A DNA stretch of 64,000 nt from Chiloscyllium plagiosum (GCF_004010195.1 NC_057719.1:39732252-39796251), one strand, 5' to 3'. Counted from the first letter of the stretch, positions 49,525 to 62,121 are shown. The notes: generated from the sequence alone by a model not told the origin. Translations and numbers: made by a program.

Positions 49525-51215
49525 GCAAATTGCTGCAGATGCTGGAATCTGTACTGAAAACAAGAAATACAAGAGATCACAGCAGGTCAGACAGCATCCA
49601 TGGAGGGAAAGCAAGCTAGCGTTTCAAGTCTGGATGACTTCATTAGAGCTGAAGAGAAGTGTGGAGGGGCAGCATTTATGCTAAAGTTGGGGGTGTTGGT
49701 GTGGAGGTGATGAGTGTAGAGTTCTGATGGAGAAAAGATGTTCATAGTTCAGATTAAGTGATTGGAATGTGAGAATGGCGGAACTATGGTGTGTTTCCTG
49801 CCAGACTTGAAAGAGCAGGCATTCCCACTAGGGTGGAGGGAAGAGGAAAGAGGACATGGTGACAGAGAATGTAACAAGTAAAGGTGAAAGGGAAGAAATG
49901 GCAGAATGTAACAAGTAACTCCAAACACAGTGAAGACTTGGGAATTGGTTTACAATTTGAAGGTGTTGAATTCAATATTAAGTTCTGAAGAATGTAAGGT
50001 CTGACAATGAGATGTTATTCCTTCAGTTTGTGCTGTCATTCACTGGAGTACTGCAGCATGCCAAGGACAGACAAGCGAGCAGACAAGCACAATTCTGTGT
50101 TAAAATGACTGGCTATGAAAGTCGGGGTCATGTTTGTGCACAGACCAGAAGTGTTCCACAAAGCAGTCACCTAGTGTGCATTTGGTTTCTCCAATGTAGA
50201 ATAGGCCACAGTGGGTGCAGTGAATATAATACACAAGATTGGAGGACGCACAGATTCACTTGGAAAGACTGTTTAGGTCCTTGGATGGTGAGCAGCGAAG
50301 AGGTGAAGTTACATGGTATGTTGCTATGAGAAGAGGGTGTGGTGTTGGTGGTCATGGAATGGACTAAGGTGCCTCGAAGGGGACAACTCCTGCAAAATGC
50401 AGAAAAGAGGAGAGCGGGGAAGGTGTGTTTAGTGGTGGCATTCTTCTGGCATTGTCTGAAAAGGCAGAAAATAATCCTTTGAATGCAAAGGCTGTTGAGA
50501 TAAAAAATGAGGACAAGGGAACCTGATCATGCTGTTGTGAGTGATGGGAAGAGGCACGGGCAGGAGCACGGGTCATAGGTCAGATGCAGTTGAGGGCCCT
50601 GTCAACCACAATGGATGGGAAACCACGGTTATGGAAGAAGCAAGCCATGACAACAGCACTGTTTTGGAAGGAGGCATCATCCGAACAGATGCGACATAAG
50701 CAAAGGAACTGGGAAAATGGGATGGAATTCTTGCTGGACATGAGGTGTGAAGAACTGTAGTGAAGGTAATTATAAGTGTCAGTGGCTTTGTAGTGATTGG
50801 CAGTAACAGTTTATTCCCTGAAATGGAGACAGACGGTTCAAGGAAAGAAAGGGAAGTGTCGGAAATGGACGATGTGAAAGTTGTAGAGGGGTGGAAATTT
50901 GAGGCACAGTGAACAAATTTTTTCAAAGTGCTGGTGGAAGCATGAAGCAGCATCAAAGCAGTTGTCAGTGTACTGAGAAAGGATTGTGGGAGGGAGCCAG
51001 TGTACGACTGGAACAAGAATTGTCTGCATATCTCATAAAGAGGCAGGCATAACTGAGACCCTAGCAGGTGCCCATAGCCATTCCTTTGATTTGGCAGAGG
51101 TGAGATGCATAAAAGGAGGAATTATTCAGTGAGAGAACAAGTTCAGCCAGGCGAAGGAGAATGGTGGTGGATGGAGAGTGTTCAGGCCTCTGGTCAAGCA
51201 AAAAGCTGAGAGCTT
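49525..51215 (-). mobile_element. Degraded Penelope-like element (RT, GIY-YIG, pLTR)
   Basis: LLRLAELVLSLNN...QIKGMAMGT, YTDNCF (YIDD-equivalent), FHPSTTFT...LSFLE, TIQGPKQSFQV. Confidence 0.88.
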
Positions 51216-52379
51216 CTATGTTGTGTAGCAATGAAATGACCAAAATACAGATTTTTGCAAAATTTCAAGAAATCTTCTGTAAGCAATCCAAAAATCATTA
51301 TAGGAAGATGCCTTTGACATGAATAGAGTAAATTTAATGCTAATTTTCTCATGGCAAATACCAGAGAAGTCAATTTGCCAGAACAGTGATACAGCAATTC
51401 TTTCTTATCAAAATCAATAAGCGAATCTAAATTTATTTGGCAGTTACCCTACATGAATTTTGAGCCAGTTACCTTTCTAATCAATTATAATTCAGAATGA
51501 AATATAAAAGAAAGGCATGTTGTAAAGTCAAACATTTAAATAAAGGATTTAGACACTGGAAAATCCAAATCAATCAAATGCAACCCCTAACTTTTGACTG
51601 CTTCTTAAAGTACTTCTCCTTCATATCAATTTTAACACCATTGAAAGTGGTCACAATGTGACAATATTATAAAATAAGCATTAAATGAATTATTCATGAA
51701 GTTCCATTGTACATCCAGATTGTTGTTTCCAAAGTTAACACACAGCCACTTAGTCTACTTTAATTACTATCTGATATGATCCCCAAGGACATCAACAAAT
51801 CAAAGAACCAAATTCACAGAAGGACCCCGCCATTTTTATAACTTTTACTTTTTAAAATAACTTTTACTTTAACAATCAAACCAAAATCAATATATGTTAA
51901 GTGTGAATGAACAGGTGAATCACTACCATTATAAATTTATACATTCAGTAACAGGTACAACAAATATAGTTCTCACAGATTTATTAAGTAGTCCACTCAG
52001 CAAATATGACACCAATTTCAGCCACAATGTCTCACAAGACTCTGATGTTCCTCAAGTAGAATTCTAATTCCTTTTCTTCATGGATTTAGCCACCAATTTC
52101 CATCTGACAGCAGTTACCACTCAACCTGAATTCCAGGAGTACAATCTTTAGCAAAATGTTGTACTTTTCAAGATGCTTCCCAGCTCTGCTCTTATTGCTA
52201 CTTATCATGTGAATACACCAGAATCATTATTTGAAGTGTTAGCAACTACCTTGTGAACTGCGTTGGATCAATCAAGTACTTTAAAGTAATGAAACTACAG
52301 CTGAAACCATATATTTTTACTTCATACTTTCCTTTCCAATCACGCTGAGGTGCTTTTCTCCAATGTAAAACTTAGTCAC

Positions 52380-53568
52380 AATTTGTTTGAAGAAGTAATG
52401 AGGAGGATTAATGAGGACACTGCGATGGATATGTCTATATAGACTTCAGTGAGGCATTCAAGAAGGTTTCTCATGATAGACTGGTTAGCAAGGTTAGATT
52501 ACATAGAATACAAAGAGAACTAGTCATACAAAACTGGCTCAAAGATTGAAGACTGAGGGTGGTGTTGGAGGGTCGCTTTTCAGATTGGAGGCCTGTGACC
52601 AGCAGCGTGTGACAAGGATCAGTGCTGGGCCCACTGCTTTTCATCAGTTATATAAATGATATGACATAGGAGGTATAGGTAGTAAGTATGCAGATGACAC
52701 CAATATTGGAGATGTAGTAGACAGCAAAGAAGTTTATCTCAGAGTACAACAGGATCTTGATCAATTGGACCAATGGGCTGAGGAATGACAGAGTTTAGTT
52801 TGGGTAAATGTGAGGTGCTGCATTTTTGAAAGGCAAATCAGGGCAAGACTTATACACTTAATGGTAAGGTACTGTAGAGTGTTTCTGAACAGAGATCTTG
52901 GAGTGCAGGTTCATAGGTCCTTGAAAGTGGAATGTCAGGTCAATAGGATAGTGAAGAAGGCATTTGGTATGCTTGTCTTTATTGGTCAGTGCATGAAATA
53001 TACGAGTTGTGGCTGTCCAGGACATTTGGAATACTGCATACAATTCTGGGCTCCCTGCTATAGGAAGGATGTTGTGAAACTTGAAAGAGTTCAGAATAGA
53101 TTTACAACGATATTGCCAGAGTTGGAGGTTTTGAGCTATAGGGAAAGGCTGAATAGGCTGGGCTTATTTTCCCCAGAGTGCCGGAGGCTGTGGGGTGACC
53201 TAATAGAGATTTATAAGATCATGAGGGGTATGGATAGGGTAAATAGACAAGGTATTTTCGTCAGGTTGGGACAGTCCATCACTAGAGGGCATAAGCTTAG
53301 GGTGAGAGGGGAAAGATTTAAAAGGGACCTGAGATGCAACATTTTCATGCAGAAGGTGGTGCATGTATGAAATGAGCTGCCAGAGGAAGTGGTGGAGTTT
53401 AGTACAAATACAACATTTAAAAGGATGGGTAGATGAATAGAAAGGGTTTAGAGGGACATGGGCCATATGCTGGCAAATTGGACTAGATGACTTTCAGATA
53501 TCTGGTTGGCATGGATAAGTTGGACCAAAGGGCCTGTTTCCATGCTGTACATCTCTATGACTCTATGA
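52380..53568 (+). mobile_element. CR1/HER1-type LINE RT to 3' end
   Basis: QGSVLGPLLF, YADDT, HLEYCIQFWAPCYRKDVVKLERVQ; CTCTATGACTCTATGAC tail. Confidence 0.92.
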
Positions 53569-54017
53569 CATAGGCTCATGTTTACACTATACCTCAAGGT
53601 CATGGGTTCAAAAATTTTCACACCCTTTCCACTGTATTACACCAGACACCGCACTGCACCAAACCACATCAGATCACACCTTGCCAACTGGACTCTCACT
53701 GGGAGAAGAGTTATTTAGGCATGTGGCCTGGTAGACACTTGGAATCATATGGCATGACTATGCCCAGTGACCCAGTCATGGTGATCTTGAAGGGGACAAA
53801 CATCTGAAGGAGCAGCCCATGTAATCTCTCCTTATCTCTGCTGCATTCCTCAGTGGCTACAAACTTGTAAACCAGAGATTCCATCACATATTGTAAATCT
53901 TATTTCTGATAATTTCTCTTCTCTAAGAAATAAAAATCTCTCATGTGATATAAAAGTCCAAAACAGGGGTTTCTCCTATTATGTGAAAGTATGTTTACAT
54001 GGTATACAATAAGAACT

Positions 54018-54155
54018 GGTTCTGATGAACAGTCACCAGACTCAAAATGATATCTGTTTTCTTACCACAGATGCTGTCAGGCCTGCTAAGTCTCTCCAGC
54101 AAATTCTGTTTTTGTTCCTGATCTCCAGCATCCACAGTTCTTGTTTTATTTTAGC
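54018..54155 (+). mobile_element. Penelope pLTR with decayed hammerhead
   Basis: TTCTGATGAACAGTCACCAGACTCAAAATG followed by the pLTR body. Confidence 0.7.
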
Positions 54156-54501
54156 ACAATACATTCATACAGTTGCAAACAGTTGAATCAACAGGATACA
54201 AAATACTGTTTAAGAAAAGGACCAGGTTTATGTAATTTAAACAAACAGAGTGTAAAATAACAAATTACGTTTTTTCTTGCATCTTTATTTGCTATTAAAT
54301 ATACTGGACTATTTAGGATAACCATCATCACAAAATTGCAGCAATCAAGATGGCTTCCCATCATTACACAGAAACATTTGACCTTGCCAGCATTTCTCAG
54401 AATCCCAAGAACAAATTTAAATAGCATATATACAAGATAAATGTTTCACTACGTAAAGAATGTTATCTACTTAAAATTCAACTTCCCTCCTGCACAATGT
54501 G

Positions 54502-54534
54502 AGTGCCCTCAAGTGGCCATCTTCATAGTGCACC
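54502..54534 (-). promoter_or_regulatory. Candidate CTCF site with upstream module
   Basis: Minus strand GGTGCACTATGAAGATGGCCACTTGAGGGCACT compared with core consensus TGGCCACCAGRGGGCRCT and a TGCA(G) upstream motif. Confidence 0.4.
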
Positions 54535-54914
54535 TTGTGAATTGTAACTTAATTTTCCCCTCAGTCATTTCATCCCATTGAAGGGAAAACTTAGTTGTGG
54601 TCTTGATAAAAGCAAGATAAAGCAGTTCATTATCAACTTGATCAAAATTAATAACGATGTTTCAAGTCCTCAGAGGAGATGGAGCAGAAAGAATGTAATT
54701 TTTGCTTTTATTCAAAAGAATTTGAACTAAATGATTTCTCTACTTTGCATTCAATAGTACTGGCATGAACAAATAATTGCGGTCCCGATGTAGGAGGCAG
54801 CTTCTCCTAATGTTGAATGTAAAATCTCAGAAAGCAGCAATTTATGTAAGTGCAGGTATGTCAACTGGCTGTTATGTTTATGCAGAAAATGTAGCAATAG
54901 AAGATTATCTTCAA

Positions 54915-55077
54915 ACAAAAACAGAGATTATTTAAAAGACTGAGCAGGTCTGATGAAGAATCACTGGATTTGAAATGTTATGTCTGTTTTTCTCTCGATA
55001 GATGCTACCAGACCTTCAGAGTTTCTCAAGTACTTTTGTTTCAAATTTCCAGCATCTGCAATTCTTTGTTTTTATTT
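54915..55077 (+). mobile_element. Penelope pLTR with short inverted 5' arm and decayed hammerhead
   Basis: AAAAACAGAG...CTGAGCAGGTCTG then ATGAAGAATCACTGGATTTGAAATGTT and an opposite-orientation arm. Confidence 0.7.
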
Positions 55078-56924
55078 GAGGGTTGTCTTGAGTTGTCTTG
55101 CTCAAAGGTACTCAAAGTAAATTGGAAGCACAATCTACATTGATACTGGTTGCAGTGTGAACGAATGTACTCTGCAGGATACTGTGTAAATGGAAAAAAT
55201 GAGGAAAGCAGACAAAGTGTTAAGTCTAGGCTCTACATTTTACATAGGCATCCCATATTCATCTTCTGCACCTTTCAGAAGACATGGAGCAGTTGATAGA
55301 TCAACTTTGTCACACTAAATCCTATTGACTTATCACCCTCTCCTTTTTGGCCTACATTGGTATCTGACATAAAATTTGAAATTCCCTTTATTAGATCCCT
55401 CCACATCCCACAGTAGTGATAACAATCCATCAACCATCCCCGAACCCACCACAGTACCCCATGTATTCCCATACACAAGTAGCTTCCCCATACCTTTTAT
55501 ATATTGAATATTTCCCCTTTACCTTCCCTACACCCTCCACTTTCCAGTTTGCTGTCTCCAATCCTCAGGGTTAACTCCCCACACCTTCCCACCATAATTG
55601 TGCCCCAGATACCCACCCATTCCATTAATTCTGCTGAGCCCAGGAATGACTACGTTTCACACCCCGAACCAAATTGGGTGAACAGTGCTGAATGATGACG
55701 AACTGACCTCCATACACCTTGGCCGATTGAAATTTGCTAATCCTGTCAATGGTTACAGAGGATCTGCAGGACCAACTGCTCTGGACTGAAGTTAGATGTA
55801 TCCCTTGCCCCAGAATGCTCCAAGTGAATGTCTGACTGTGTCCAAGCCATTGGACCAATCACAAATGTTACTGCTGACTTATTATACTGGGACCACCTGA
55901 CTAATGGGAGTCCCCTTGGCTTGACTGAGCAGTACTCCCATTTGACTTTGAGACATGGTGATTTGATACACATGCAGTGTGTTTGTCACTGGCACATGCT
56001 GTAGGTAGAAATTGTCATAGCACTGTGCCATGCAGAAACATGTCTACCCCCTTGAGCTGCCCGGAGATTCAGCCTGGTCTAATTCATGAGCTGGTACCTG
56101 TCCCTGCACGCAAAGTATCCTTGCAGCAGCATTCCAATAATAGTGGTTGATGTGCCCAAAGTGCAGCATTAGAATATGTAAGTGGATTGGAGCTATGCCA
56201 TGACTGTGCAGAGACCCTGACATGTATTAGACTGCAGCTTCTGTGAACATGGGATGCACATGGCCGCTGTCCTAGAGCGTGCCCTCAGATTTTTCAAACA
56301 ATGTGGAGGCAGGTTTAATTGTGGTATTCAAGGAGGCTTTGGATGATTATTTGGATAGAAATGATGTGCACAGATATGAGGGGAGAAAAGCAGGAGATTT
56401 GGAGTGGTAATAATGCTCAGTTGAAGACACAGTGCAGACATGATGGGTTGAATGGCCGTCTTCTGCACTTAGGTGATTCTGCAATGCATCCAATTTGCTG
56501 GGAATATAAAAATAGATGGGTGGGCATTTTGTGATGAGACCTTAAGAAGTAGAAGTGAATACAGACAGATTGAATGAATGGGTAAAAACTTGGCAGATGG
56601 AGTTTAATATAGGAAGGTGTGAAGTTATTCACTTGAAAAGAATCAAAAGGCAGACAATTATTTAAATTGAGAGATTCCATGTACAACACAGAGGGATCTG
56701 TGTCTCCTTGAGGATGAAACAGAAAAAAGTTACCATTGAATGTAAGGGCAGGCTTGATGGACTAAATAGCCAACTCCTACTCTATTTCTTCTGTTCTTGT
56801 GTTAGTGGTGGTGTCCAAATGGAGGTGCAGAGAAAAAAGTGGAAATCTGGAGTTACCAGATACCCATTTTGACATTTATGTCAGAAAATCTCAGAGTCCA
56901 GTTTCTATCTGGCAGGTAGTAGAT

Positions 56925-58330
56925 AGACCATAAGATATACGAGCAGAGGTATAGCTCATCGATCTGGTCTGCTATTTGATGAGATCGTGGCTGATCAAAC
57001 AACCCACAACACCACTTCCTTGTTTTCTCCTAAAAACCCTTCATTACCTTACTGATTAAAATGTCTATCTCAGTCTTGAATATACTCAATAATACAACCT
57101 TGACAGCCCTCTGTGGTAAAGAACTCCACATATTCACTACCCTTTGACAGAAGAAATTCACCCTCATCTCTGTCTTAAATGTGCGACCCTTATTCTTAGC
57201 TGAAAATGTGTTGCTGGAAAAGCGCAGCAGGTCAGGCAGCATCCAGGGAACAGTCGGCGATTGTCTTCATGGCGATCGTGGAGGCGGTTGTCTGGGCGGC
57301 GATCGCGGAGGCGGTTATCTGGGCGGCGATCGCGGAGGCTGCGAGGTCGGTGGGGGCGGAAGTGACGTCATTGTCGGCGGCGGCGGCAGCTATTGCCGCA
57401 GGCGATGTAGCGGCCGCGTGTGTAATGGCGCCAGACTGATTTCGGAGGCCGATGGAAGATTCTGGAACAGTTGAGGAATCCGGAGTGTCGGGGTAAGTAC
57501 ATGAAAGTTTTTGGTACTTACTGTCTTTGATTTCCGATATGGCCAGGAAGAACTGTTTGTTGTGCAGTGAGAGAGGGACTCACTGAAATCTTTGTAGAGG
57601 GAGGAAGAGAGCTTCTTCAAGGAAGGCATCCTTGTAAGAGGATTCGCAGTAGGTTGAAGTCTTTGAGGAGACCCTTATTCTTACCCTACATTCTCCCACA
57701 AAGGGAAACAACCTCTCCACATCTATGTCAAACCCTCTAAGAATATTATGTTTCAAAAGATCACTTCTCATTATTCTAAATTTGAATGAGTCCAAACACA
57801 TTCTACTCAACCTCTTCTCATAAAACAGTCCCTCCATATCTGAAATCAGATTAGCAAACCTCCTCTGAACTATCTCCAATGTTAGTATATCTAGAGCTAT
57901 AAGAGGACCAAAACAGTCCACAGTGTTCCAGTTTCTTGTATAGTTTTATCAAAACCTCACTAATTTTGTACTTCATTCCTTTTGAAATAAAGGCCAACAT
58001 TCCATTTAGCCCCCCCCCTGATTCCTGCTGAACTTGGCAGCTAGCTTTTTTGCGATGCATGTGCAAGGTCTTCCAAATCCCTCTGTGTTGTAGCTTTCTG
58101 GTATTTTTCTCCATTTAAAATTTATTCAGTTCCTGAGTTCTTCCTCCCAAAGTGCATAACCTCATTTTTCCGCATTATATTCCATATGCCAAACTTTTGC
58201 CCACATGCTTAACCCTCTGTCTCCCACTGCAGACTCCTGTGCCATCCTCACCACTTGCCTTTCCATCTAATTTGTATCATATGCAAACTTGGCTATAATA
58301 CATTCACTTTCCTGATCCAAGTCATTAATA
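56925..58330 (-). mobile_element. CR1-type LINE (RT to 3' end), interrupted at 57199-57669
   Basis: MLAFISKGMKYK, LEIVQRRFANLI, FFCQRVVNMWSSLPQRAV peptides. Confidence 0.88.
57199..57669 (-). mobile_element. Young CpG-rich Penelope-derived insertion
   Basis: Begins with the pLTR AGCTGAAAATGTGTTGCTGGAAAAGCGC; contains 27-bp tandem units; exact 14-bp TSD GACCCTTATTCTTA (57185-57198 and 57670-57683). Confidence 0.8.
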
Positions 58331-58332
58331 TA

Positions 58333-58550
58333 CAATCAGTTCTGCGATAACGCATGTTTCTTCTACGTGAACTGGCTTTAACACGTTTGTAAAATTTAGA
58401 CTGTTATTTGCAGAACATGAACTCTCTTAACCTGTATTAGCTATAATGTGATTCTGGCCTGATAGTTCAAATGACACAGCTATTGCACAATTTTCTTAGA
58501 ATGCAAGATCGCATGAGAACCGAACTTTAATGTTATGTCAGGACCGACTG
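58333..58550. mobile_element. Tc1/mariner (Tigger-like) MITE related to 5015-5233
   Basis: TA|CAATCAGTTCTGCGATAAC ... GTTATGTCAGGACCGACTG|TA; similar length (~220 bp). Confidence 0.7.
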
Positions 58551-59294
58551 TACTGGAAATAATAATTAGACAATGCAAATTGATGAGACAAGAAATTGTG
58601 AACAATAATCCCCATTAATAGATGTCTTGCTGCTCAATAGTGAGAATCTCGTTCCAATGTCCAGAATTTAGTTGAGAAATCTGACATGTTGCTCCTGTTA
58701 TTGGAAAAGGCTTGACTCAACATCTCACCTGATTTTCACAAATATCTTGCCACAGCCTATGTCATTCAGGGACTGGGAAAATTCTGTCTATTGTCTTTCC
58801 ATGATTGTCTGAGAGAAGTGAAACTATCTCAAAAGATCAAATTTGATGAAGTATTTCAAAATTTAATACACACTTAACTATTGGAAGGAATAAAACTACT
58901 GGGAGAAAATTAAAAAATACAAGGAGTGGAAAATTTAAAGATACCTGTAGAACTTTTATGAATAATAAATTGGTACAGCCAACTTCATAGTTCAAATCAA
59001 TTAGCATCCTTCCCAAAGAAATTGGGTAAGCAATGCAAGTTTAATGACTTGCCCTGTACCTTTCAAGTAATTTTTTTATTAATTCATGAGAATTATTGAC
59101 TGGGCCAGCATATATTGTTCATCCCTAGTTGTCAAGAATCCAGCAAACAAAAAACATTTTAAATTTCCTAGGCTCAATTTTTTTTGAAAATTGTGATCAA
59201 AATGAGGGACACTAATGATGGAGGAATGAAATTTCTCAATTTCTGGCACCCAATATCAGTACTGACATTTTCAGATCAGGCTCAGCACATTAAT

Positions 59295-60095
59295 ACAAAA
59301 GCAGAAGATTGTGGATGTTAGAAATGTGAAATACAAACAGTAAGTGCTGGAGAAACCCAGGACAATAAACACTCTCTGTTGGGAAGGAAACAGATAAATG
59401 GTTTAAGTTCAATATGATTTATGGACGAATACATGAATAGGAAGGGCATAGAGGGATATGGATCCTGCAAGTGAAGACAGTTTTAGTAATGGAAGGGCAA
59501 GATATATCGGTGCAGGCTTGGAGGGCTGAAGGGCCTGTTCCTGTGATGTATTGCTTTTTCTTCTATGATTCTGTTGGAACTGAAGAAAAAGGGGCAAAAC
59601 TGCTAGATTTTATATTGTGGTAAAAGATAGGGAGGAGCAAGTGGGAAGAATAAGGGATGATGGGAATGTTAGAAAGTGAGGGAAATTAGCGATCATAGGT
59701 CTTATAGAACAAAGACCAAGGAAGTGGGAAGGCTTATAAATGAGAGAGAGGTCCAGAGCAGTTGTTATTAGTAGAATATAAGTCAGCTCTGCTGAAAGCA
59801 AAACTAAGAAAACCAGACACTAGGTTGGGGGAAGGTAGGTGAAACAAAACAGAAGATAGAATTTATGGTCTTAAGTTGAACTCCATGTGAGTCCAGCCGG
59901 TTATAAAGTGCCTAAACAGAAAATGAGGTGCTTTTCTTCCAGTTGGCTTTAGGCTTCATTGAAACACTGCGGCAGACCGAGGGCAGAAATATGTGCACGG
60001 GAACATGATGGTGTATTGAAATGGTAAACAACTGGAAGGTCAGGGTTGTGCTTGTAGATTAAGCAGATGTGTTCCGCAGAGCAGTCACCCATCTT
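59295..60095 (-). mobile_element. Degraded Penelope-like 3' region with a CR1 3' tail inserted (~59420-59570, +)
   Basis: pLTR start AAAGCAGAAGATTGTGGATG; GIY-YIG-region remnants; CR1 tail GGAGGGCTGAAGGGCCTGTTCCTG. Confidence 0.65.
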
Positions 60096-60379
60096 CACTG
60101 GTTTATCTATATGTTTTGAAATTTATTCTATGTCTCTCCTCATAATGCAGTCTCCTCTTTGGGGAGATTAGACACAGACTGGGTGAAGCTTTAATGGCTT
60201 ATTTACACATTTAGAAATAACAAATGTTAGAGTGCACAGCATAGATTCACCAGAATGGTTGGTAAAACTTCAGATGTATGGAGAAACATGAGATCGTGAA
60301 CTATTTCCACTGCAGCAAGACAAAATAAAGATTTGTAAAATAATTTTTAAAATTGGGGAAAGACAAGTTCCTTTGATTC

Positions 60380-60745
60380 AGAATCCCTGTTATGCAGATA
60401 GAGGCCATTTAGTCCTTCAAGTCTGCACCTGTAACCCTACATTTATCATGACTAACCCACCTAGCCTGCACATCCCCATTCACTGCGGGGCAATTTAGCA
60501 TGAGCTGAAAATGTGTTGCTGGAAAAGCGCAGCAGGTCAGGCAGCATCCAAGGAACAGGAGAATCGACGTTTCGGGCATAAGCCCTTCAGCATGGCCAAT
60601 CCACCTAACCTGCATATCTTTGGACTGTGGAAGGAAACTGGAGCATCCAGAGGAAACCCTTGCGGACACAGGGAGAACATGCAATCTCCACGCAGACAGT
60701 TGCCTAGGACTGGAATCAAACCTGGTGTCTTGAGATAGCAGTTCT
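60380..60745 (-). mobile_element. HE1-type SINE interrupted by a Penelope pLTR piece (60503-60588)
   Basis: SINE sequence GGGCAATTTAGCATG|GCCAATCC is split by the pLTR, with AGCATG duplicated. Confidence 0.88.
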
Positions 60746-60955
60746 GTAAAGTTACTGTTGTGCAGACATTAAATGATTTATTGTTATTAATTTAAAATTG
60801 TCAATAAATAGCAAAGGGGACTAAAAACAAATCTACACAAAGAAGGGCTGCTGAAGCACAGAATTTGTTTGCACATTGAATGGTTAAGGCAGAGTCTATT
60901 CCACTTAATAAAGGCATTATCAGTAAAAATTTGAAGTCAAAAAAGATATGGGGAA

Positions 60956-61058
60956 AGTGACCACAGTTGTTACACTTGAGAGGATGCAGAAAAGATTTAG
61001 AAGGATGTTGGTGGGAATGGAGGGTTTGAGTTATAGGGAAAGCCTGAATGGTTGGGGC
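60956..61058 (+). mobile_element. Short CR1 fragment abutting the ERV
   Basis: ACTTGAGAGGATGCAGAAAAGATTTAGAAGGATGTTG...TTGAGTTATAGGGAAAGCCTGAAT. Confidence 0.75.
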
Positions 61059-62121
61059 TAATTGATAGTCCACCGCATAATGTGTCTGCTGTGTGTAGAG
61101 TCTGAGTTCAGCCAGCTCTGTGTTAATTGCTTCCAGAGCTTAAGAGGTACTGTTGCCTAGGGTAGTCAGGCCATGTGCAAGATAATTTCAGTTTTGAGCG
61201 CTGACGATCCCTGCTGTGCCCGCCCCCCCCAAAGATAGAGATCCCAAGAATCCATGTTCCAGTGATGACCCCACAGTGGTGGGGACCTGCCAGTCAGCAC
61301 AGAACTCCTGACTGATGGCGCAGGTCACTAACCTTCTCCAAATATGTCCCCCACTGGGGCATGGTACAGTAAGGGGCGCAATTGTCCCTACCACAAACAG
61401 GTTTGGGAGGTCTGGGATATTTATCGCGTAAGTCCCCTTAAATAGGAAAACAAATCCCGTCGTTGCTCGGTAACAGACATTGTCCTGTCCTTCTGTTTGT
61501 CTGTCCACCCATGTCATCCCCGATCCCCCAATTGCCCCACCACCAACTGGTAAGTATTGAACGGGTATTTCCATGTGGCACAGCTGAATGGGTGCCATTG
61601 CACTGACCACATATGAACTGTCTGCCCGCAGTGACATTCAAGCATGCCTGCTCGCTGCAGGTGCAGGTAAACTGTCCCCTAGAGTCTGTACAGCGCTGAT
61701 AAGTGCACTGAGTCTGGATGCATGAATCGTTTTTGGAAACCAGGGCATAAACGCATCCCCACCCCTGCCCTGTGAAACAAAGTGGGTAATTACTGGATTT
61801 TAAATGGGTCTTTCCTTCTCTTGGCTGAGAGACCCAGCCCCATGGGCCGGTGGTCCTGCCCAGCTGCACACATCTACCCTGGAGTCCCTGTTTGTATTTT
61901 CCTATCTGCCCCTTAAATGGCACACCCAAGGTGTCTACTGTATATGGGTTACGAGGGGTCCACCCTGGGATGGCCATAAAAAATGAGTCCACTGATTGCG
62001 CCAGTGGATAGCAGATAGTTCAGTTCCCATGCAATCTTAGGTGGGTTTTATCCTCAAAACCTGGCATGTTCCCAACAGTTGTAACACTTAAATACAGTGA
62101 AATACAGATAGGTATATACAT
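61058..62121 (-). pseudogene. env: Retroviral envelope (SU + N-terminal TM), disabled
   Basis: ATG at 62121 gives MYIPICISLYLSVTTVG (signal-like); Cys-rich SU with CGQC; fusion peptide GFLGSLSLGGAGTAGIVSA; heptad ALEAINTELAELRLYT; ISD-like QQTHYAVDYQLA. Contains stops and a frameshift. Confidence 0.85.

Noticed and set aside
49865..49920. Direct repeat GAATGTAACAAGTAA
   Set aside because: A small local duplication inside a decayed Penelope element with no evident significance.
51772..52380. Possible solo LTR (TG...CA)
   Set aside because: No convincing TSD, PBS or PPT, and no second copy in the window.
57181..57474. Gly-rich and Ala-rich ORFs as host genes
   Set aside because: They lie wholly within a TSD-flanked mobile insertion and reflect GC-rich tandem units.
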